From assembly GCA_050950285.1 (NCBI GenBank), contig JBMNHG010000011.1, forward strand, positions 62,001 through 126,000: a stretch of DNA of 64,000 nucleotides, given 5' to 3'. Position 1 is the first letter of the stretch; the number at the start of each line of letters is the position of its first letter. The position numbers and the translations under genes are program-made. Below, one piece after another: positions 56,561-64,000 of this stretch. The DNA is from Kiritimatiellia bacterium. GTDB lineage: Bacteria > Verrucomicrobiota > Kiritimatiellia > RFP12 > JBMNHG01. Below the pieces are notes generated by a model. The model was not told the origin of the DNA. It did no database searches and saw only the letters and a list, made by a program, of their open reading frames with translations.

Positions 56561-58453
56561 CTACCGGACGAGCAGGATGAGCCGATGCCGGTTGTGCATG
56601 TGGAGAACGACCTCTTTCGGCCCCGGAATCTCGACGCTGACGTCATCGGGCAGGTCGAAGGTGACGTTCGAGAGGTCGATGGTGTGATCCGGGTGGTTCG
56701 CCTTGAGGATCGTGATCCTTCCGCCATCCATCCGCCGGGGATCGTCTGTCACCTTGATCCGTGTCGGCTTGTTGAAATTGAACCGGTACGCGTTGATTTG
56801 CAATCGCTCGGTGGGCTCGCGTCCGATGTGGAACTGGATTTCCGTCCCGTCGCCCTGGACGGCGAAATCGCCGTAGGGCCGGATGAGCGAGTTCGTCCCC
56901 GCAAGCGACACGACGTTGCCCGTGCCACCGTCGGGGCCGATGTTAAACGCACCGTTGGGGCTGACTTCGATCGTGGCGTTGGAGACGGCCACCACGCCGC
57001 CGTTCGCACAGCCGACCGCAAAGGAAAGGGCCCGGAAAAGCCCGCCGTTCCTTACATCGACCCGCCACGACGCATTCGTGCCGAAGCCGTATCGCCCCGA
57101 TCGCAACGGCTGCCGATACGAGTCGAACGTGCCGCCATCGACCTCGACACAGGCGCCGGCGCCGCCGAAACCGATGTCGCTCGGGTTGTAGCCTGTTCGG
57201 CATAGCTCCAGCGTCGCGCCGGAACGGATGGAGAGCACGCTGTTGGTGTAGCCCCAGCCGCCCACGCGCAGGAGACCGTTTGTCACATACATGCGGGCGC
57301 CGTCCTCGATGTCCACGCGGGCGCCCAGGGCCGGCCCGCGATCCGCTTCTTTTTCCCACGTGCCGGCTCCCACCATCAGGACGCCGTTGGTGATGTCCAA
57401 CGTCGAGCCCTCGCCGGAAACGAGGACGCGGTTGCCCACGAGCGGCTGGCCGAGCAGCGGCTTGTCCCACCACGTCCGGAAGAAGGACACGCCGAGATTC
57501 GCGCCATGGATGACGAGCGAGCCGCCGTCCACGATTTCGACCGAATTGGACGAGCCGTGCCGACCCGCCCAGACCGCGCTCTTCGTCCGGACCTTGCCGC
57601 CGTTGCGCACGATGAACCGGTTGCCGTCGCCACCGCTGGCTTCGCCATGACGCGCGCCTACGGAAATCATCGCCCCCGTGTTGTCGACGACCATCTCCGC
57701 GCCGTCGGCGACGATGAAGTCGTTGTAGCAGCCGGAGCCTCCGACGGCCATGCGCGAGTATTCGCAATAGCCGTCGACATACAAGTTGGCCTCCGGCGGG
57801 ATCGTGAAGCGCGAACCCGCTCCCGAGACGAGCACCGTGTTGCTGACGCTGCTTCGATACAGGCCCATCGAATGGACGTAGCCCTCGAACTGGCCGCCGT
57901 TGATGATTTCCAGCCTGGCGCGGCTCTTGCTCCGTGCGAAGCGGAGCCCGGTGTCCTTGGCGAGCGGCGTGACGTATTTCGCGTCCGGGCCGTCGATGAT
58001 GAACGTGTTGCCGTTGTTGTAGTCGTCGCCGATTTCCGCCTGGCTGGCGGACGGCGTCGAGCCCACGGTGCCGCTTGCCAGACGGATGCGCGATCCGCCC
58101 GCGACCTCGAATTTGTTCGTCGCGAGAAGCGTCTTGCCGACGCCGAGCGCGAGCGTGTTCGTGGTGCGGTAGTTCCACTGCCCGAAACCGAGTTTCGCGA
58201 CCGTCAGCGAATCCCCGAGGGTGAAGGGGGAGGAGACGGTCTTGTGGAACTGGAGGGTCGATTCTTCATCGGGCGCCGCGATGTCGGGGCTTCCCCACAC
58301 GCTGCCGCCCTGGTCGATGTCGCCGCCCGCCGCTGCCGCCCAGGTGAGCGTCCGCGGGACGGCGGAGGAAACGCCGGCCGCCAGCGCCAGGGCAAGCGCC
58401 AGCGCGATCCGTTTGACCGATACATTGAGGTTTGTCGCCAATTTCGTTGTCAT
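56561..58453 (-). CDS. secreted passenger-like beta-helix protein with terminal RLILLVR motif; paralog of the 50765 gene
   Basis: GAAAGGA RBS before ATG 58453; signal peptide; (I/V)xNGG and VSGxGS coils; MDGGRITILK...FDLPDDVSV. Confidence 0.85.
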   Translation of the reverse strand: MTTKLATNLNVSVKRIALALALALAAGVSSAVPRTLTWAAAAGGDIDQGGSVWGSPDIAAPDEESTLQFHKTVSSPFTLGDSLTVAKLGFGQWNYRTTNTLALGVGKTLLATNKFEVAGGSRIRLASGTVGSTPSASQAEIGDDYNNGNTFIIDGPDAKYVTPLAKDTGLRFARSKSRARLEIINGGQFEGYVHSMGLYRSSVSNTVLVSGAGSRFTIPPEANLYVDGYCEYSRMAVGGSGCYNDFIVADGAEMVVDNTGAMISVGARHGEASGGDGNRFIVRNGGKVRTKSAVWAGRHGSSNSVEIVDGGSLVIHGANLGVSFFRTWWDKPLLGQPLVGNRVLVSGEGSTLDITNGVLMVGAGTWEKEADRGPALGARVDIEDGARMYVTNGLLRVGGWGYTNSVLSIRSGATLELCRTGYNPSDIGFGGAGACVEVDGGTFDSYRQPLRSGRYGFGTNASWRVDVRNGGLFRALSFAVGCANGGVVAVSNATIEVSPNGAFNIGPDGGTGNVVSLAGTNSLIRPYGDFAVQGDGTEIQFHIGREPTERLQINAYRFNFNKPTRIKVTDDPRRMDGGRITILKANHPDHTIDLSNVTFDLPDDVSVEIPGPKEVVLHMHNRHRLILLVR

Positions 58454-58712
58454 GTTTGGATCCTTTCGTTGGTTCTCCAAGGTCTTTGCGTTTCCCTGCT
58501 CAGACAGGAGGATTCGAGGACTCGCTTTCATCCTGCATCGCTGTTTTCGGGGAAGCAGACAGTGTGTGGCATGGGGTTTGTGCTGTTGTGGTTCAGAGTC
58601 GCGGCAGGCACTCGGCCGCGGGGTCGAGCGTCGCAGGCGTCACAGGGAGAATGGCGAGACGGATCCTCTGCATCGAGTGCTCCTTTCCGGATGAAAGCGG
58701 CGCCTGCCGCGC

Positions 58713-59771
58713 CTAGCGACCGACCGGGCGCCAGTCGCCGACGAGCGCGGAAATCTCGCGATTCTGCAAGGAACGGTAGCCGGCGACCATGTCGGCGGGC
58801 TTGTGGACGACGGAAACGAATTCGTCCATCTTCACGGCGCCGCGCTGGATCAGGTCGACCATCTTCTGGCGCTCGTCGAAACCGCGATCGAACGGCGTGA
58901 GGATCGTCACGCCCTGGCCTTCCATGAAATCCCACGGATCGATCGAGACTTTTTCGAGGTAGTTGGCCTGCATGACGATGCGGGGCCAGTTGTGGCTGTA
59001 GAAGTGGATCGGCTTGACCTGGAACTCGTGCCTGGAGACCGGCGGCTTGCAGCGCGGGAGCCGGAACGCGAGCTCCACGCCGGGAATCGAGCCGCTTGCC
59101 TCGACGACGATGTCGTAGCCGTCGTCGCCGAGACGGACGATGCGGTCTTCGGCGTCGGGTTCGGAAAGATCGGCCGTTGCATAGCCGCGCCCGCGCCCGA
59201 AGGCGAGACGGCGCTTGTCGATGTCGGCGACGACGACACGGCAGCCCGCCTCGTGGAAGAGCAGCGCGGAGAACACGCCGATCATGCCCTGGCCGATGAC
59301 GATGCAGCTTTCGCCGGGTTTGGGGTCGGCGGCGATGCGCCCGCGAAGCGAGATCGCGGCGACCTCCAGCGTGGCATAGGGGAGGTAGTCTTCCTCGTTC
59401 GGGAGGTCGGGAAGCAGCACGGGGGCGTCTTCGCCGGTGGTGACAAGGGTGTGCGCGCCGGCGTGCGCGCCATAGAGCGCCTTGCAATCCGCGAAGTCGC
59501 AGGTGTTGCGGCAGGAGATGGTGTCGCCCACCCGGAAGCCTTTCGCCTCGGCGCCGACTTCGGTCACGACGCCGATCGACGAATAGCCGGGCACGAAGGG
59601 GTACTTGCCGGCTGTGCCGTAATGGCCGGCCAGCATGCGGAGCTCCGTGCCGGGCGAGACGAAGGAGAAGAGGGTGCGAGCGGCGATCTGGCCGGGCCCG
59701 CAGGCGGCGGGCGTGACCTCGCCGAGGCGGATCCCGTTGATTTCTTCGAAAAGGATGGCAGGAGTTTTCAT
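58713..59771 (-). CDS. MDR-superfamily (zinc-binding-type) alcohol/sugar dehydrogenase
   Basis: SFVSPGTEL, PGYSSIGVVTEVG...FRVGD, VIGQGMIG, GYDIVVEASG. Confidence 0.85.
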   Translation of the reverse strand: MKTPAILFEEINGIRLGEVTPAACGPGQIAARTLFSFVSPGTELRMLAGHYGTAGKYPFVPGYSSIGVVTEVGAEAKGFRVGDTISCRNTCDFADCKALYGAHAGAHTLVTTGEDAPVLLPDLPNEEDYLPYATLEVAAISLRGRIAADPKPGESCIVIGQGMIGVFSALLFHEAGCRVVVADIDKRRLAFGRGRGYATADLSEPDAEDRIVRLGDDGYDIVVEASGSIPGVELAFRLPRCKPPVSRHEFQVKPIHFYSHNWPRIVMQANYLEKVSIDPWDFMEGQGVTILTPFDRGFDERQKMVDLIQRGAVKMDEFVSVVHKPADMVAGYRSLQNREISALVGDWRPVGR

Positions 59772-59887
59772 GGCGCGGATGTTTCGGGGAGTTTTGTCGG
59801 GATGTTGCCGCCCTTCGAGCCCCAAAGGCGGAAGCGATCTTCAACAATCCGATCATACTCCATCCCTTCTTTTTAAAAAAGCGCGTA

Positions 59888-59934
59888 ATGCGCAAAAAAA
59901 AGTTTTATTTTGCGTACCATTCGAACGATGGTAC
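59888..59934. promoter_or_regulatory. candidate operator and divergent promoter region between the dehydrogenase and the XylR-type regulator
   Basis: ATGCGCAAAAAAAAGTTTTATTTTGCGTAC palindromic box, plus the perfect inverted repeat GTACCAT-7 nt-ATGGTAC at 59914-59934. Confidence 0.6.
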
Positions 59935-59943
59935 CCTTGGGGC

Positions 59944-61128
59944 ATGGCAAAGCTCAAAAAGGTCGCGCTCCTGCTCCCACGCTATCCCCACCTGGACCGG
60001 CTGGAGAACATCATCGACCTGATCGAGAAACAGGGGGGCTGGCAGCTTTACCTTCATTCCGAATCGAACAGGGAGCCGGCGCTGCCGCAACTCGTCGAGT
60101 GGGGCTGTTCGGGCATCATCCTCTATCCGGAAAATCCGACCGTTGTCGCGGCGGCCCGCCGCGCGCAGGTGCCGACCGTGGTCCTCGAACCTCCGCCGGA
60201 GATGCGCCGCGGTCTCCTGCAAAAGCTCCCCTGGGACTATGGGTTCGCCGACAACGCCAGTATCGCCGATGCGGCGGCGGATTATTTCCTGGATCGCCAG
60301 TATCGCAGCTTTGCCTTTGTCGACGAGGTCGACCGCTGCTATTGGTCGGAAGAGCGCTGGGTGCGATTTTCGCGGCGGATAGGCGATGCCGGCTTTCCCT
60401 GCGAACGCTATCCTGCCGTGCCGAAGCGCATGCAGGGGGATTGGCCTTCCGAGGAAATCCGCATGATCGGATGGCTCCAGCGCCTTCCCAAGCCGGTGGC
60501 CGTCTTCGCAAGTTGGGACAAGCGCGCCCGGCAAGTGCTGGAAGCCTGCCTGACCGCCGACATCGCCGTTCCCCAAAGCGTCGCCGTCCTGGGCGTCGAC
60601 AACGACCCCACGGTGTGCAAGACGACGATGCCGGCCCTCTCCAGCATCCCGTTCGAGTCGAACTTCGAGGTCGTGATCAAGATCTTGAACGCGCGAATGT
60701 CCGGCAAGAAATTCGACCGGGTCGTTTGGAAGACGCAGGCGGCGCCCGTGGCCACCCGGCTCTCGACGGATTTCGTCGCCGCCGAAGACCCCGTGGTCGC
60801 GCGGGCGCTCCGCTACATCCGATACGCCACCGCAACGTCGGCGATTTCCGTTGGCGACGTCGTGGCGCACGTCAAGTGTTCGCGACGCCTCCTGGAGAAG
60901 CGCCTGCGGGCCGCGACGGGGCGGACGCCGCTCGAGGAAATCCACCGCAGCCGGCTGGAGCGCGTCTGCGGGCTCCTTGCCACTTCCAAGATGCGCATCG
61001 GCGAGATCGCCGCGGCCTGCGGGTTCGAGAACCGGGCGGGGCTCGACGTTCTCTTCCGCCGCACGTTCGGCACCACGATGCGCGACTGGCGCGCCCAAAA
61101 CCGCAAAGACATCGCCCCTGGCCGCTAG
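59944..61128 (+). CDS. XylR-family transcriptional regulator (periplasmic-binding-like domain plus AraC HTH)
   Basis: WLQRLPKPVAVFA, VPQSVAVLGVDND, PALSSI, SRRLLEKR, IGEIAAACGF, FRRTFG. Confidence 0.93.
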   Translation: MAKLKKVALLLPRYPHLDRLENIIDLIEKQGGWQLYLHSESNREPALPQLVEWGCSGIILYPENPTVVAAARRAQVPTVVLEPPPEMRRGLLQKLPWDYGFADNASIADAAADYFLDRQYRSFAFVDEVDRCYWSEERWVRFSRRIGDAGFPCERYPAVPKRMQGDWPSEEIRMIGWLQRLPKPVAVFASWDKRARQVLEACLTADIAVPQSVAVLGVDNDPTVCKTTMPALSSIPFESNFEVVIKILNARMSGKKFDRVVWKTQAAPVATRLSTDFVAAEDPVVARALRYIRYATATSAISVGDVVAHVKCSRRLLEKRLRAATGRTPLEEIHRSRLERVCGLLATSKMRIGEIAAACGFENRAGLDVLFRRTFGTTMRDWRAQNRKDIAPGR

Positions 61129-61282
61129 TGCCCTGGCGGCTGGCGGCCGAACAATGCCGTTGGAGCATCCGGCCGCCGAGCTGCCTGCCGCGGCCGCGTG
61201 GGGAGCGACAGCGCGGCGGAGGCGAGGACGGGTGGAATTGTGAATTGCCGTATCGGGCGGGGACGGGTTATTCTTCTCCACC

Positions 61283-64000
61283 ATGAAAGTGCCGCTTCGC
61301 AACTGGTTTGACCGCCCGTATCCGTCCGCCTTGGTCCCCGTCCCTGCGCCGGCGGGCGCCACCCGCGCCCTGGCCGCCGACGGGCGCGTTTTCCCGGTGC
61401 AGCGTGTTCCGGCCACGCCTTTCGACGAGGCGGCGGATGTTTCCCCCGACGGAACGGTCGCCCTCCTGTGCGCCACGCTGGCCCCGCTCGAACGGCTCGA
61501 CTTCGATTTCGACGCCCATCCTGCCGACTGCGGCCCCGGTCCTGCCGTGCGACGCCTCGCCGACGGCACGATCGAGGTTGCGAACGGCCCCTGGGGAATT
61601 CGTCTTCCCGCCGACGGCGCGTACGATCCGCCCTTCCCGGCACCCTTCGAACCGTTCGCCGCAGACGGTTCGTGGGCGAGTGCGGGGGTCGTTTCCGGCG
61701 CATTGCCGCGCGGGTCGATCCACACCGCAGTCGAAGCCGCCGGACCGTGTTGCGTACAGTGGCGCACGGTCTGCCGCTGGGGCAACGGAGGGCGCTGGGA
61801 GGTCGTGGGGCGCTGGGCCGCCGGGGCGGACGCGCTGCTGGTGTGCGAGACCGCCGTCGAGGATGCCGACGCACATTTCGACTGGCGTCCTTTCGCGGCC
61901 GTTCCAGCGCAGGCCTGGACGTGGGGCGGCGGGGAACAGCCGGGGCCGATGCGTCGTGCGGCCTTTCGCCCGAATCCCGGCGCACGGCCTTCGCCCGCCG
62001 GCGCGCCGCGCGTGATCCAGCCGATCGCCCACATCGGCTACTACAACCAATGGAACCTCGCCTGGTGCGGCTTCACCGGCGGCGAGGGGCCGGATGCGCC
62101 CTTCGCGGGACTCTTCAGCGCCTTTGGCGGTTCGTGGCGGAAGCGCGGCTTCCAGCGCCCGCTTCTCCTGGAAGGCGCTCCGGACGGCGCCGACTGTTTC
62201 CTGCGCTTCCCCATCCGCGCCGGACGCCGCCTTTACGGGCTCGTCTTCTCCACGCGCGCCGCGGCGGGCGTCGACGCCTCCGACCGCCGCTGCCTGCCCA
62301 ACGCGCGCAAGGTCGAACTCTCCGACTTGCGCCTTGGCAAGACGAGCCGCTGGATTCTCGATCCGCCGCCCGAGCCGCGTTCGCTCCGCCTGCTCGATGC
62401 CGCTTCGCTCGAGGCCCAGCGCGCCCGCCTGCTCGCCGATCCGGGGATCCGCACAGCCCTTGAAACCTATCTCGCGGATGCCGCCTCCAATCCGCGCCTG
62501 CGGGATTCGCGCCTCACCGCCGCCGCCTGGGCCGCCGGGCGCGACGACCTCCTCCGGGAGCAGTGCGGACGGCTGGAAGAGCGGGCCGCGCGAATGTTCG
62601 ATTCCGTCGCCGACGGCGGCTACGAGGCGCTGGTCATCTTCCACGGCCGCCAGTACAAGGCAGATGCCTACGACCTCGACCTGCTCTGGGCGCTCGGCCT
62701 CCTCGACGAAGCCCGCTATCGCCGCGTCCGCGGAATCTTCCTCGCCACCGCCTCGATGTACGCCGACCCCGACTACTGCCGCTACGGCGACTTCTGGCCC
62801 GGGCGCGAGCCGGAGGAGGGCATCGCCATGGCCCTCCGCGACGAGATGGGCGACACGCCCGTCCCGCCGAACTTCGCCTCCGAGTACTTCACCACCGTCG
62901 GCATGATGGCGGAGCTTTTCCCCGGCCACCCCGCCGCCGCCGCGTGGCGCGCCTTTGCCGAGGAGCAGACGCTCGCCTTCCTCGAAACGCACTTCGAGCC
63001 GGACGGCACCTATCACGAGTCGATCAACTACCACTCGCACGCCCTCTCGGAGTTCGCCTGCTACTTCCAGGCGCTCCGCCACAAGGGGGGGCGCGACGGG
63101 TACCGCCATCCGGTGGTCGAAGGAAGCTACCGCCACTTCGCCCAACTGCTCACGCCTCCGCTGGAGAACGGCATCGCGGAGCTCGACGGCTGCCGCACCG
63201 CGAAGGGCGACTGGCCCCTCTACTACGGCGCCGCTTCGGACGCCGGGCGGCGCGCCGCCTGGCCGGCCGACGGCAACAGCGGCGGCCACGGCCTTGCCCA
63301 GGAAGTGCGCGACGACCTCCCCCTCGCGGCGACGGCCTATGCGGAATCCAACCCCGCCCTCGCCGCCGCCCTCGCCGCCGCGTGGAACGCCGCCGGGCGC
63401 CCCCTCTTCGGAAGCGAGCACCCGCTTGCCACGCTCGCCCTGCTCCAGCCCGACGCGCCCGCCGTCCCCCTCCCGTGGGAGAGCGCATGGCGCCGCGGCC
63501 TCGGCGTGCTGTCGAAGTCCGTCACGCGGGACGGCGACGCCCGCTTCGTCCTCTTCCGGGCGGGCCGCGCCACCCATCACATGGACTTCGACCAGGGCAA
63601 CCTCCAGATCTTCGCCTATGGCCGATCGATGCTCGGCGACCACGGATACCACACCTCCGACACCGATGGGAGGCCTCTTCCCGCCGCCGCCACCTGGCTG
63701 CACAACACCCTCACCTACGGGCCCCGGCCCGATCTTTCGTCCGGATACCTCGGCCTCGAACTCGCGCCGGAACCCGCATGCGTCGAACTCGGCGCGGAGA
63801 CCGACCGCGTGGTCCACCGCATCGTCAACACGAACTTCCGCGACCTCGCCCGCCTGCCCTACAACCAGCAGATCCACGCTCCCGCCACCATCCACGTGCG
63901 CCGCTACCTCTACGAGAAGCGGCTCGGCGTGGTGGCGCTGCGCGATACCCTCGAGGAAAGCCACGGCCCGGCGGTATCGTGGTTCCATCCACGCGAACGC
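61283..64000 (+). CDS. heparinase II/III-like polysaccharide lyase, partial (runs off the window)
   Basis: Not in the ORF track. Manual translation from ATG 61283 (MKVPLRNWFDRP) shows no stop; DGTYHESINYH, HHMDFDQGNLQIFAYGRSMLGDHGY, WLHNTL. Confidence 0.8.
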   Translation, partial: MKVPLRNWFDRPYPSALVPVPAPAGATRALAADGRVFPVQRVPATPFDEAADVSPDGTVALLCATLAPLERLDFDFDAHPADCGPGPAVRRLADGTIEVANGPWGIRLPADGAYDPPFPAPFEPFAADGSWASAGVVSGALPRGSIHTAVEAAGPCCVQWRTVCRWGNGGRWEVVGRWAAGADALLVCETAVEDADAHFDWRPFAAVPAQAWTWGGGEQPGPMRRAAFRPNPGARPSPAGAPRVIQPIAHIGYYNQWNLAWCGFTGGEGPDAPFAGLFSAFGGSWRKRGFQRPLLLEGAPDGADCFLRFPIRAGRRLYGLVFSTRAAAGVDASDRRCLPNARKVELSDLRLGKTSRWILDPPPEPRSLRLLDAASLEAQRARLLADPGIRTALETYLADAASNPRLRDSRLTAAAWAAGRDDLLREQCGRLEERAARMFDSVADGGYEALVIFHGRQYKADAYDLDLLWALGLLDEARYRRVRGIFLATASMYADPDYCRYGDFWPGREPEEGIAMALRDEMGDTPVPPNFASEYFTTVGMMAELFPGHPAAAAWRAFAEEQTLAFLETHFEPDGTYHESINYHSHALSEFACYFQALRHKGGRDGYRHPVVEGSYRHFAQLLTPPLENGIAELDGCRTAKGDWPLYYGAASDAGRRAAWPADGNSGGHGLAQEVRDDLPLAATAYAESNPALAAALAAAWNAAGRPLFGSEHPLATLALLQPDAPAVPLPWESAWRRGLGVLSKSVTRDGDARFVLFRAGRATHHMDFDQGNLQIFAYGRSMLGDHGYHTSDTDGRPLPAAATWLHNTLTYGPRPDLSSGYLGLELAPEPACVELGAETDRVVHRIVNTNFRDLARLPYNQQIHAPATIHVRRYLYEKRLGVVALRDTLEESHGPAVSWFHPRER

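Noticed and set aside
14918..58453. Calling the passenger-like proteins classical autotransporters or PEP-CTERM proteins
   Set aside because: No approximately 280-aa C-terminal barrel with an aromatic last residue, and no PEP motif, TM helix or basic cluster.
147..63988. Many very long antisense or alternative-frame ORFs (e.g. 6364-9321+, 11277-14966+, 35873-40186-, 53291-57205+, 61268-63988-)
   Set aside because: Arg/Gly/Ala-rich shadows of real genes, expected at this GC content; no recognisable motifs.

Overview
GC-rich bacterial DNA that is essentially one 64-kb glycan-utilisation island of about 29 CDSs. It holds predicted glycoside hydrolases (GH35-, GH42-, GH50-, GH127-, GH28- and GH55-like, and clan GH-A/LamG mosaics), beta-helix and heparinase-II/III-like lyases, a tannase/feruloyl esterase, a FAD oxidoreductase, an MDR dehydrogenase, one DMT transporter and a XylR-type regulator. 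I found no rRNA, tRNA, CRISPR array, transposase, integrase or SusC/D/TonB gene. The protein style suggests a PVC-superphylum organism, probably Kiritimatiellia (inference only). The main signal is six signal-peptide-bearing, autotransporter-passenger-like proteins with no beta-barrel and no PEP-CTERM. All end in the same short motif, (G/K/R)-(T/L)-four mostly hydrophobic residues-R-stop, which none of the enzymes carry, so it is a candidate lineage-specific sorting signal. These genes typically lead operons of large secreted CAZymes. The 28.4-30.0 kb stretch preserves recent recombination relics, including a chimera in which this tail was grafted in frame onto another family member at a microhomology. 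Shared promoter, leader and operator sequences suggest modular duplication. All product calls come from reading motifs by eye; no database searches were run.
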